NCBI GenBank assembly: GCA_036376245.1
Contig: DASVAS010000028.1
Location: 29,339-93,338, forward strand
Source of the DNA: Thermoanaerobaculia bacterium
Lineage (GTDB): Bacteria; Acidobacteriota; Thermoanaerobaculia; Multivoradales; UBA5704
Length of the DNA: 64,000 nucleotides
Direction of reading: 5' to 3'
The position numbers and the translations under genes are program-made. Position 1 is the first letter of the stretch. The number at the start of each line of letters is the position of its first letter. Positions 52,021 through 60,445 of this stretch are shown here, one piece after another. The notes beneath the pieces were generated by a model, which worked only from the letters and a program-made list of their open reading frames with translations, was not told where the DNA came from and did not search any database.

Positions 52021-52448
52021 TGGACATCATCTGCCTCGACGACTCCGGCTGCCTTTTCCTCTCGCCCAAGATCACCGACTGGCGGTACCTGGACGAGCAC
52101 GGGATCACGGTGGTGATCGACCTCGAAGGGGAGATCGACCACGGCATCCCGACGATGCCCAACCACGTCCTCTACATCTACTACCCCATCTACGACGAGG
52201 ACCTCCCGGACCTCCCCAAGCTCCTCTCCGTGGCGCGGCTCGGCGCCTCCCTGGTGGAGAGCGGCCATCGGGTGCTCTCCCATTGCGGCATGGGGTTCAA
52301 CCGCTCGGCCCTGGTGGCGGGGCTGATCCTCATGCACCTCGGCATGAGCGGGGAAGAGGTGGTGGCGCACCTGCGCGGCAAGCGGCCGGGGGCCCTCTTC
52401 AACGAGCGGTTCGCCGAATACCTCCTCAGCCATCCAGGCTTCCGATGA
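52020..52448 (+). CDS. Dual-specificity protein phosphatase (Cys-based protein tyrosine phosphatase).
   Basis: Catalytic P-loop VLSHCGMGFNRSA (HCxxGxxRS) in a roughly 140-aa protein. Confidence 0.7.
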   Translation: MDIICLDDSGCLFLSPKITDWRYLDEHGITVVIDLEGEIDHGIPTMPNHVLYIYYPIYDEDLPDLPKLLSVARLGASLVESGHRVLSHCGMGFNRSALVAGLILMHLGMSGEEVVAHLRGKRPGALFNERFAEYLLSHPGFR

Positions 52449-53227
52449 GCCGGGACCCAAGCTGGTGGTTCGCCTTCCGGGGGAGCGAGCTTCTCGTCCG
52501 GGTGGAAGGCCCCGGCGCCCGCCTGCTCACCGGCGCCGAATGGACGGCTTTCGGTCTCGCCGGGGACGAGGTCCACGCCCTGGGCGACTGGGAGGACGCC
52601 GTCTATTACGCCGTCGGGCTGGCGGAGGGGACGGAGCCGCCCGAGGGCACGGCCTTCCACGGCCTGCGGCGCCTCTGGGGGATGCTGGACGAGGAGGCGT
52701 GGAAGCTCGCCGGCCGGGCCGTACAGATCGTGGAATGGGACCGCAACCACCGCTTCTGCGGCCGCTGCGGCGCGGCGACGGAGCGCAACCCAGGGGAGCT
52801 CGCCCGCGTCTGCCCCCGCTGCGGCCTCCAGCAGTTCCCGCGCATCTCGCCGGCGGTGATCGTCCGCGTCGAGCATGGGGACCGCATCCTCCTGGCCCGC
52901 TCGCCGCACTTCGCGCCCGGGGTCTACAGCACCCTGGCGGGGTTCGTCGAGCCGGGGGAGTCCCTGGAGGACACCGTGATCCGGGAGGTGCGGGAGGAGT
53001 CGGGCGTCACCGTGACCAACGTCCGCTACTTCGGCAGCCAGCCCTGGCCCTTTCCCCACTCGCTGATGATCGGCTTCGTGGCCGACTATGAGTCCGGCGA
53101 GGTCCGCGCCCAGGAAGGCGAGATCGAGGACGTCCGCTGGTTCGGGGTGGACGACCTGCCCGGGCTCCCTTCCCGCTTCAGCATCGCCCGCGCGCTGATC
53201 GACGAATTCATCGCGGCGCGGAAGTAG
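52445..53227 (+). CDS. nudC: NAD+ diphosphatase (NudC-type NUDIX hydrolase with a zinc ribbon).
   Basis: Zinc ribbon FCGRCGAATERNPGELARVCPRCG. Nudix box GFVEPGESLEDTVIREVREESGV. Typical NudC SQPWPFP motif. Confidence 0.8.
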   Translation: MSRDPSWWFAFRGSELLVRVEGPGARLLTGAEWTAFGLAGDEVHALGDWEDAVYYAVGLAEGTEPPEGTAFHGLRRLWGMLDEEAWKLAGRAVQIVEWDRNHRFCGRCGAATERNPGELARVCPRCGLQQFPRISPAVIVRVEHGDRILLARSPHFAPGVYSTLAGFVEPGESLEDTVIREVREESGVTVTNVRYFGSQPWPFPHSLMIGFVADYESGEVRAQEGEIEDVRWFGVDDLPGLPSRFSIARALIDEFIAARK

Positions 53228-53894
53228 CGATGTAGAGGATGTGGGCGTGGGGGTAGCCCGCGCCGACCTCCACGGCCTCGACGCCGCTGAAGCCCGCCTG
53301 GAGGAGGCGCTCGCGGACGCGGGCCCGCGGCTCGTAGCTGAACGCCTCTCCCAGGGTCAGGCCGATGCGGTCGGAAACCATCTCCTGCGCCCGGTTCCAG
53401 AACGCCTTCAGCCGGTGCTCCGGGTCGAGATCCTTGACCATCAGGACGCCCCCCGGCGCCAGCCTCTCCCGCGCCCAGCGGAAGAAGGGGTCCCATTCGT
53501 CCAGCGGAAACCGGTAGAGCACGTCGAACAGGGTCACGGCGTCGAACGTTCCGCGGACGCCGGAATGGAAGCTCCCCACGACCTTGAGGCCCGGGCGGCG
53601 GGGGATCAGGAAGATCTTGCGCAGATCCGGCTCCACGCCCACCACCTCCCGGGCTCCCGCTCGGAGGGCAAGATGTGCGAAGATTCCATGACCAGCTCCG
53701 ACATCCAGGATTCGCGACGCCGGCGGGAGATGTTTCAGCACCCGCAGGAACGGACAGGTAAGAAGACGTCCCAGGACGTGCAGCCGGGTCGGCGGGGGAG
53801 CCGACCCGTAAAGGCCGCGCACCAGGGACAGAGCCTGGAAGGGGCTGAGAGGGTTCACGGCGACTGCATATCCGCTGCTCGATGGAAGTGTCAA
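53208..53894 (-). CDS. Class I SAM-dependent methyltransferase.
   Basis: Motif I ILDVGAGHGIFAHL, then the acidic loop VVGVEPD and the post-I/II pattern. It converges on and overlaps nudC by 20 nt. Confidence 0.7.
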   Translation of the reverse strand: MTLPSSSGYAVAVNPLSPFQALSLVRGLYGSAPPPTRLHVLGRLLTCPFLRVLKHLPPASRILDVGAGHGIFAHLALRAGAREVVGVEPDLRKIFLIPRRPGLKVVGSFHSGVRGTFDAVTLFDVLYRFPLDEWDPFFRWARERLAPGGVLMVKDLDPEHRLKAFWNRAQEMVSDRIGLTLGEAFSYEPRARVRERLLQAGFSGVEAVEVGAGYPHAHILYIATSAPR

Positions 53895-55690
53895 CCTTTT
53901 CGCGCTCCGCCGCCTGGCGGCCTTCCGCCTGTGCTCTGACCGGCCTTGCCCTGGTGGCCGCCGTCCGGGCGTTCACGCTGCCCCGCAGCCTGTGGGAGCT
54001 GGACGAGATCCTCTTCTCCCGCGGGGTGGAGATGTTCGACCCCGTCTCCCACCGGCCGCATCCGCCGGGCTATCCGCTCCTCGTCGCGCTCGGCAAGCTG
54101 TTCGCGCTCGTCTTCCGGGACCCCTTCCCCAGCCTGGTGGCCCTGAGCTTCGTCTCGTGCCTGATCGGCTACTGGGCCCTGGTCGCGGCCTTCCGGCGGA
54201 TCGGCGGCGACGACCGGGTGGCCGTGGCCGCGGCGCTGCTCTTCCATCTCTCCCCCGTGATGCTGGTCCAGGGGCCGCTTCCGATGTCGGACCCCCCGGC
54301 CCTGATGTTCGTCGCCCTGGCGCTGGCCGCGGCGGCGGGCCTCGCGGGCCCGGACGGCGGCGGCTCCGTCTGGACGGCCGTGGCCCTGGGGGCCTTCGCC
54401 TCGGCGGCGGTGGGATGCCGGCCGCAGCTCGCCCTGGTGGTCCTGCCCATGCTGGCGGTGGCGCTCTGGCAGATCCCGGGCTGGCGGCGGCGCTTCGTGG
54501 CCGTGGGCGCCTTCGCCGTCGTCTCCCTCGGCTGGTTCGTGCCCCTGGTCATGGCCACGGGAGGATGGGACGGCTTCGTGGCCTATCAGATGAAGCAGGC
54601 CGGGTCCGTGGCCAAGAACGACATGAACGCTTCCCGGGCGGGGCTCTCCTGGGTCCGGCTGGCGTCGCGGTTCATCGCTCACCCCTGGGGGCCGCACTGG
54701 CTGGCCCTGCCGGTGCTGGCGCTGGCGGCGGCGGGGGCCGTCGATCTCGTCCGTCGCCGGCGGACCCTGGCCCTGCCCCTGGCGGTCATGGCGGCGGCCC
54801 AGATCGCCGTCTGCCTGCTGGTCATGGACCCCGGGGACGGTCCTCGCTACGCCCTGCCGGCGGTGCTGGCGGCGGCCTTCGCGGCGGCGGCGGGAGGCGC
54901 GGTCCTGGCGCGGCTGGCCCGAAGGCCGGCGGTGATCTGGGCGATCGTCGGGATCGTCTTCGCCGCCGGAGCGGTCTACGCCCGGCCGGTGCTGGCCGTC
55001 CGCTCCTCGGAGATATCGCCGGCCCTCCAGGCGGTCCGCTGGGCGGAGCGCCACCTGCCGCGCGATACCGTCATCCTGGTCGGGGACGAGATGGCGCCCT
55101 ATGGCACCTTCCTGCTGCGGGACTACGACGTCGCCTTCGTCGAGGACGGCCTGCGCCGGACGGCCCGGCGGCCGCGAACGCCCGTGTACCTGCTGGCGGA
55201 AGGGGAGAGCGGGTGGAAGGGGGCGGTGACCTTCCGCTGGCCGGACGGCGACGCCTACCGCCGCCTCACCCGCAACCACTACCGGGTGGTCTCCTGGAGC
55301 CCCATCCCGCCGGACCGGCGGTTCCAGGCCGTGCGGGGCGTCCACGGCTGGGAGCCCAGCTTCCGGGACGCCCGGTGGCGGTGGCTGGAGCCCGAGGCCG
55401 CCGTCCTTCTCTATCCCCGTGGCGCCGGGGCCGCGGGCGTCACGCTGAGCCTCGACTCCGCGGCGCCCATCCCCGAAAACACCGTGGCGGTCTCCATCAA
55501 CGGCGCGCCCGCCGGAACGGTGGAGATTCACCGCGGAGACACCCGGACCGTAGAGCTGGCCCTGCCCGCCGGCCCCGCCGAGATCGCCTTCCGCTCGGCG
55601 CGGTCGTTCGTCCCCGCCGAGGCCGGGATCGGGACGGACACCCGCCGCCTGTCCGTGCAGCTTGTTTCCGTGGAGCGGCTCGTCCGCTGA
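53882..55690 (+). CDS. GT-C-fold polytopic glycosyltransferase of the ArnT/PMT/FlmK type, with a C-terminal soluble domain.
   Basis: First-loop motifs WELDEILFSRGVEMF (DE-type catalytic loop) and HRPHPPGYPLL resemble the DEx...KPPL loop of ArnT/PMT-type transferases. About ten transmembrane helices and a roughly 200-aa C-terminal domain. Confidence 0.55.
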   Translation: MEVSTFSRSAAWRPSACALTGLALVAAVRAFTLPRSLWELDEILFSRGVEMFDPVSHRPHPPGYPLLVALGKLFALVFRDPFPSLVALSFVSCLIGYWALVAAFRRIGGDDRVAVAAALLFHLSPVMLVQGPLPMSDPPALMFVALALAAAAGLAGPDGGGSVWTAVALGAFASAAVGCRPQLALVVLPMLAVALWQIPGWRRRFVAVGAFAVVSLGWFVPLVMATGGWDGFVAYQMKQAGSVAKNDMNASRAGLSWVRLASRFIAHPWGPHWLALPVLALAAAGAVDLVRRRRTLALPLAVMAAAQIAVCLLVMDPGDGPRYALPAVLAAAFAAAAGGAVLARLARRPAVIWAIVGIVFAAGAVYARPVLAVRSSEISPALQAVRWAERHLPRDTVILVGDEMAPYGTFLLRDYDVAFVEDGLRRTARRPRTPVYLLAEGESGWKGAVTFRWPDGDAYRRLTRNHYRVVSWSPIPPDRRFQAVRGVHGWEPSFRDARWRWLEPEAAVLLYPRGAGAAGVTLSLDSAAPIPENTVAVSINGAPAGTVEIHRGDTRTVELALPAGPAEIAFRSARSFVPAEAGIGTDTRRLSVQLVSVERLVR

Positions 55691-55705
55691 ACCGAGGTCA
55701 TCGCC

Positions 55706-56479
55706 ATGTCCAGCCAACCCACCGTCTCGCTCGTGATCCCGATGTTCAACGAGGAGGAGAACATCGAACATGCCGTGGCCTGCGCCGTCGAGGCTCTGGA
55801 GCGCCACAGCGGCGGCTATGAGGTCGTGATCGTGGACGACGCCTCGACGGACCGTTCCGCCGAGATCGTCTCCCGGCTCGCCGCGGAGAACCCGGCCATC
55901 CGGCTGCTGCGGCACGAGGTGAACCGGAAGCTGGGCGCGACGCTGAAGACGGGCTTCGCCGCCGTCCGCATGGACATGGTGCTCTACATGGACGCCGACC
56001 TGCCGTTCGATCCCGAGGCCGTCGGCCGCGCCCTCCAGGCCATGCGGGTGACGCGGGCGGACGTCATCGCCGGCTACCGGCTGGACCGCACCACCGAGGG
56101 GTTCCGGCGGACGGTCTACTCCTACCTCTACAACTCCCTGATCGGGGTCCTCTTCGGCTGGCCCCACCGCGACATCAACTTCTCCTTCAAGCTGATGCGG
56201 CGGGAGGTCCTGGAGGCGATGGAGCTGCGCTCCGAGGGCTCGCTGATCGACGCCGAGATGATCGTCAAGGCCAGGAACCTGGGCTTCGTCATCCAGCAGC
56301 TCGGCCTCGACTACTTTCCCCGCACCCGCGGGAGCTCGACGCTGTCGTCGCCGTCCGTGATCCTCAAGATCCTGCGCGAGCTGGTGACCCTCTACCCGGA
56401 GATGAAGCATCCCAGGCGCCGGCAGAGCCCGCCGCGGGGTGAGACCGTGCCCGTCGAAGCCACGAGCCCGGGCCGTTGA
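55706..56479 (+). CDS. GT2-family polyprenyl-phosphate sugar transferase (ArnC/FlmF2/DPM1-like).
   Basis: VSLVIPMFNEEENI, VVIVDDASTDRS and MDADLPFDP (DxD) motifs. Confidence 0.85.
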   Translation: MSSQPTVSLVIPMFNEEENIEHAVACAVEALERHSGGYEVVIVDDASTDRSAEIVSRLAAENPAIRLLRHEVNRKLGATLKTGFAAVRMDMVLYMDADLPFDPEAVGRALQAMRVTRADVIAGYRLDRTTEGFRRTVYSYLYNSLIGVLFGWPHRDINFSFKLMRREVLEAMELRSEGSLIDAEMIVKARNLGFVIQQLGLDYFPRTRGSSTLSSPSVILKILRELVTLYPEMKHPRRRQSPPRGETVPVEATSPGR

Positions 56480-57327
56480 GAGCGCTGGTCGTCACCGCCG
56501 ACGACGCCGGGCTCCATCCCGGCATGACCCTCGGCGTCGTCAAGGCCCACGACGAGGGGATCGTCACCGCCTGCAGCGTCGTGACCGCCGGCCGCGCCTT
56601 CGAGCACGCCGTGCCGCTGCTGCGGGAGCGGCCGGAACTGGACGTCGGAATCCACTTCACACTGGTGGGCGAGCGGCCGCTGTCGCCGCCGGAGCGGGTG
56701 CGGTCCCTCCTGGGCCGGGACGGCGCCTTCCTGCCGGACTTCCGGGCCTTCACCCTGCGCTACCTGGCGGGCGGGATCGACCCGGCTGAAATCGAGGCGG
56801 AGCTGCGGCGCCAGTTGGAGCGCCTCCTCGCGGCGGGCCTCCCGGTCGTCCACGCCAACAGCCACCAGCACCTGCACGTCCTGCCAGGCGTCTTCGAGGC
56901 CGTGCTGCGATTGGCGGAGGAGAACGCCATCCCCTACGTGCGCATCCCCGGCGATCCCGCCGCCGTCCGCCGTCCCTCGCCGCGGTCGGCGCAGATCGCG
57001 GTGCTGGGCCTTCTCGGACAGAGGGCGCGCTGGCGCCTGGAGGAGCGCGGCACGTCACGGGCCGCGGACCGCGCCGTGGGCGTCCTCGACGCCGGGAGGC
57101 TGACCTCCGCACGTCTGATCCACATCCTGGCGGACGTCGACGGCGTCACCGAGCTGGTCTGCCATCCCGGGCAGGGGGACGCGGAGCTCGCGAGGGACTA
57201 CGACTGGGGCTACGGCTGGGACGAGGAGACGGCGGCGCTCCGTGATCCCGCCGTGGCGGAAGCCTTGCGGTCGGAGGAGATCCGGCTCACCTCGTTCTCG
57301 CGCCTGCGGAGCGTCCTGATCTCGTAG
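56476..57327 (+). CDS. YdjC/ChbG/HpnK-family carbohydrate deacetylase.
   Basis: N-terminal MRALVVTADDAGLHPGMTLGVVKAHDEGIVTACSVV and the metal-ligand region GIHFTLV ... HQHLHVLP are typical of the YdjC superfamily. ATG overlaps the GT2 stop. Confidence 0.75.
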   Translation: MRALVVTADDAGLHPGMTLGVVKAHDEGIVTACSVVTAGRAFEHAVPLLRERPELDVGIHFTLVGERPLSPPERVRSLLGRDGAFLPDFRAFTLRYLAGGIDPAEIEAELRRQLERLLAAGLPVVHANSHQHLHVLPGVFEAVLRLAEENAIPYVRIPGDPAAVRRPSPRSAQIAVLGLLGQRARWRLEERGTSRAADRAVGVLDAGRLTSARLIHILADVDGVTELVCHPGQGDAELARDYDWGYGWDEETAALRDPAVAEALRSEEIRLTSFSRLRSVLIS

Positions 57328-58823
57328 AGCGCGCCTCCGTTCTCGTCCGAGACCAGCCGGTAGTACCGCCGCAGGCGTTGATCCAGGCCCATCCCCCCGG
57401 GCATCTTCCAGACGTAGACCGTGTCGACCAGGCCCCGGTTGAACCGCGGGCGGTAGAGGTTCGGCGCGAACGCGATCCCGGGAGTGTCGGGAAAGACCAC
57501 CGACTCGCGGAAGCGGACGGGGAAGAACGGCACCTTGGCCTCGTAGTTCTCCCAGTCGATCAGTCCCTTCTCGATGGCCGCGTACCCCGCCGCGTGGGAC
57601 TGGATGTGCATGTGGGCCGCGCGGGAGTCGAGCCGGAAGTTGAGGGTGAGCAGCCGCGTGTTGGGCCGTGCCGCCGCGAGCCCATTCACATAGTCCCGCA
57701 TCTCGCGCCCCAGCAGGCCGTACCAGTGGACCAGATAGCCGAGGTACAGCAGCGCCGTGACGGTGAGCACGGCGGCGCCGATCCGCTCCCCGGACCGCCC
57801 CAGCCGCGGCGAGAGCCACGCGAACAGGAGGAGGTAAGGGTAGAGGCTGAGCCGCTGCTTCATCAGGTAGCCGCCGGACATCCCCTCCGGGCTGAGGAAG
57901 AAGAGCACGGTGAAGAGGACCGCCAGGAGCAGGAAGACGTCCGTCTCCCGCGACATCGGCCGGCCGCTTACGAAGCTCTCGCGCCGGACGGTGAGGATCA
58001 TCAGCAGGAGGAAGACCGCGGCCACCGCCGTCCCGAGCCAGACCTGGACGGGGCTGAAGGAGAGGAACACTTCGAGCCGGGTGAAGTACAGCAGGAGCTG
58101 CCGGAACCCCCAGTCCCTTTCGATCACGTCGCTGCCCTGGACCGAGAAGAACCAGAGAGGGAGGATCACCTGCGGCGCCAGGATCGGGATGTGGAGCAGA
58201 TGCCGGCGCCAGACTTCCTTCCGCAGCGTCGCGAGCCAGCACACGGAGATGGCGATCAGCGCCAGGCCGAACGAGAGGATGTGCGAGAACCAGCACAGCC
58301 AGAGCAGGAGGTTGATCCCCACCGCGAAGCCCGGCGTGGGCGTGTGCCGGCGTCTCCACCAGAAGCCCAGGATGATCGGGAACAGCGCCACGCTGAGCGA
58401 GAAGTTGTAGAAGCCGTACTGGAAGAGCTGCTGATAAGCGAACGGAAAAGCCAGGAAGGCGATCCATCGCTGATCGCTCCGCACCGCCCCGCAGAAGTAC
58501 CAGATCCCGCCCAGGAACGTCAGCACGTAGAGGCTCGCCATCAGCTTTTCCGCCGCGAGCGGCGGGACCACGAACATCAGCAGCGCCGTCACCGCGTGGC
58601 CGGTCCAGTTCGGATAGGGCCGCGCGTTGATCTCGTAATGCTCCTGGAAGAGCGGGTACTCCTCGACGTTGTGGTACTGCCGCAGGATCCAGGCGTTGTA
58701 GGTGTGGCAGGCGCCGTCGATCGTGGGCAGATAGCGGACGGTCCAGAGCGGGAGGACGTACAGCAGGGCGAGCGCGAAGAAGAGACGGCGCAGCCGCCTC
58801 TCATCCCGGAGGAGATCGTTCAA
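57210..58823 (-). CDS. Polytopic membrane protein, paralog A of 3 (537 aa). It is a putative glycosyl/lipid transferase partner of the adjacent GT2/GT-C genes.
   Basis: Eleven or so transmembrane helices. A conserved first-loop block PTIDGACHTYNAWILRQ. A roughly 140-aa soluble C-terminal domain. The 3' end overlaps the convergent ydjC-like gene by 118 nt. Confidence 0.6.
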   Translation of the reverse strand: MNDLLRDERRLRRLFFALALLYVLPLWTVRYLPTIDGACHTYNAWILRQYHNVEEYPLFQEHYEINARPYPNWTGHAVTALLMFVVPPLAAEKLMASLYVLTFLGGIWYFCGAVRSDQRWIAFLAFPFAYQQLFQYGFYNFSLSVALFPIILGFWWRRRHTPTPGFAVGINLLLWLCWFSHILSFGLALIAISVCWLATLRKEVWRRHLLHIPILAPQVILPLWFFSVQGSDVIERDWGFRQLLLYFTRLEVFLSFSPVQVWLGTAVAAVFLLLMILTVRRESFVSGRPMSRETDVFLLLAVLFTVLFFLSPEGMSGGYLMKQRLSLYPYLLLFAWLSPRLGRSGERIGAAVLTVTALLYLGYLVHWYGLLGREMRDYVNGLAAARPNTRLLTLNFRLDSRAAHMHIQSHAAGYAAIEKGLIDWENYEAKVPFFPVRFRESVVFPDTPGIAFAPNLYRPRFNRGLVDTVYVWKMPGGMGLDQRLRRYYRLVSDENGGALYEIRTLRRRENEVSRISSDRKASATAGSRSAAVSSSQP

Positions 58824-60352
58824 CGGCGGGCCTCTTGCCGCACCCGAAGCCGGTTTTCCCAGAGCACGCCGCCGTTTTTATCAGAAATCTTCACAAAATA
58901 CTTTTGAAGACGTCTCTCCAGCGGAGCGCCGGGAGGCAGACCCCAGGTGTACACGTAGTCCGCGCGTCTCTTCCAGGGTTGCAGGTACAACTCGGCCGGC
59001 TCGGCTTCGATGTGCCAGATCGAGGGCCGCGCCTCGGGACGGAACCGGGTCGGGAAAAACTCCGCCGCGGCTTCGTAGTTGTCCCAATCCACCAGTCCCT
59101 TCTCGAGGGCCGCGTAGCTGGTGACGTGACCGAAGAGGAGGAGCCTGGAGGTGGGGCCGCGGTGCTCGAACAGCAGCGGCAGGACCCGGGTGTCGGGCTG
59201 GACGAGCTCGAGACCGGCCAGGAACCCCCCGATCTCGCCGTCGAGCCGGTCGTACCACCGGATTTGATACCCCAGGTTGAGCGCGGCCAACGACGCGAGG
59301 ACCGCGACCCCCGCCGTCTGAGCGGTCCGGCCCAGCCGGGGGGAAAGCCACGGGATCAGCAGCAGCCAGGGATAGAGGCTCAGACGGTTCTTGAGGAACG
59401 ATCCCCCCGCCAGATCGTTCGGAATGGCGAAGTAGAGAAGGAGGACCACAGCCGTGAGGAGGAGGAAGGCGTCCCGGTCCTGGAACGACCGCCGCCGGAT
59501 GTTCTCGCGCCAGAGGGTGAGCGACAGGAGAAGGCCGAACACGACCGCCAGACCGCGGGCGTACGGTTGCTGGTTCTCGCTGAAGGTGATCAGCACCTCC
59601 AGGTAGCGGAGGTAGTCCAGGGCGACGTCGAAAGACCAATTGGGAGGCCACGCCGTCGGCCCCCGGTCCGAGAAGTACCAGATCGGCAGGAGGATCTGCG
59701 GCGCCAGCAGAAGGATGTGCCGCGGGTGCCGCCGCCAGTCGTCGCGCCGCAGCGTCGCCAGCCAGAGGACGGCGATGGAGATGATCGCCACCACGAACGA
59801 GACGACGTGAGAGAACCAGCAGAGCCACAGGAGCAGGTTGATCTTCAGCGCGAAGGCGAGGCTCGGGTCGGCGCGGTTGCGCCACCACAGCCCGAGGATC
59901 CAGGGGAACAGCGCCAGGCTGATCGAGAAGTTGTAGAACCCGAACTGGAACAGGTGGTTGTAGGGGAACGGAAACGCCAGGAACGCGAGCCATCGCTGCT
60001 CCCGCCAGACGGAGCCCACGAGGTACCAGACGCCGAAGAGGAACGTCAGGACGTACCCGCTCACCAGGATCTTCTCCGCGATCAGGGGCGGCACGGCGTG
60101 CATCAACAGCGCCATGGCGCCATGGCTCACCCAGTTGGGGTAAGGCCTGGCATTGATCTCGAAATACCGCTGGAACAGAGGGAAGTCTTCGGTGTTGCCG
60201 TACTGGCGCAGGATCCAGGCGTTGTAGGTATGACACGGTCCGTCGACCGTGGGGATGTACTCCACGATCCAGAAAGGCAGGATGTAGAGGAAGGCCAGGA
60301 GGAAGAAGATCCGTCGGACCCACATCTCCCCTGGCGTGCCGAAGCTCGTCAT
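58820..60352 (-). CDS. Polytopic membrane protein, paralog B of 3 (510 aa).
   Basis: Same architecture (PTVDGPCHTYNAWILRQYGNTEDFPLFQRYFEINARPYPNW). Its stop overlaps the paralog A start by 4 nt. Confidence 0.6.
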   Translation of the reverse strand: MTSFGTPGEMWVRRIFFLLAFLYILPFWIVEYIPTVDGPCHTYNAWILRQYGNTEDFPLFQRYFEINARPYPNWVSHGAMALLMHAVPPLIAEKILVSGYVLTFLFGVWYLVGSVWREQRWLAFLAFPFPYNHLFQFGFYNFSISLALFPWILGLWWRNRADPSLAFALKINLLLWLCWFSHVVSFVVAIISIAVLWLATLRRDDWRRHPRHILLLAPQILLPIWYFSDRGPTAWPPNWSFDVALDYLRYLEVLITFSENQQPYARGLAVVFGLLLSLTLWRENIRRRSFQDRDAFLLLTAVVLLLYFAIPNDLAGGSFLKNRLSLYPWLLLIPWLSPRLGRTAQTAGVAVLASLAALNLGYQIRWYDRLDGEIGGFLAGLELVQPDTRVLPLLFEHRGPTSRLLLFGHVTSYAALEKGLVDWDNYEAAAEFFPTRFRPEARPSIWHIEAEPAELYLQPWKRRADYVYTWGLPPGAPLERRLQKYFVKISDKNGGVLWENRLRVRQEARR

Positions 60353-60445
60353 TCCTGCCTTGAGCTCCCTGTTGCCGGTCTCTACGGACCGGCGGGCGTC
60401 AGCGTTTAAGGCGTGGAATGAATGCGAGATCCGTGCCGGAAATCT

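Noticed and set aside
53891-56410. An 839-aa minus-strand ORF across the GT-C and GT2 genes, and a 609-aa plus-strand off-frame ORF (53992..55821).
   Set aside because: Shadows. GT2 DxD motifs and GT-C transmembrane helices sit in frames 53882.. and 55706.. on the plus strand.
57378-60409. Plus-strand ORFs of 509 aa and 524 aa antisense to membrane paralogs A and B.
   Set aside because: Arg/Glu/Asp-rich with no hydrophobic segments, whereas the minus-strand frames encode conserved polytopic paralogs.
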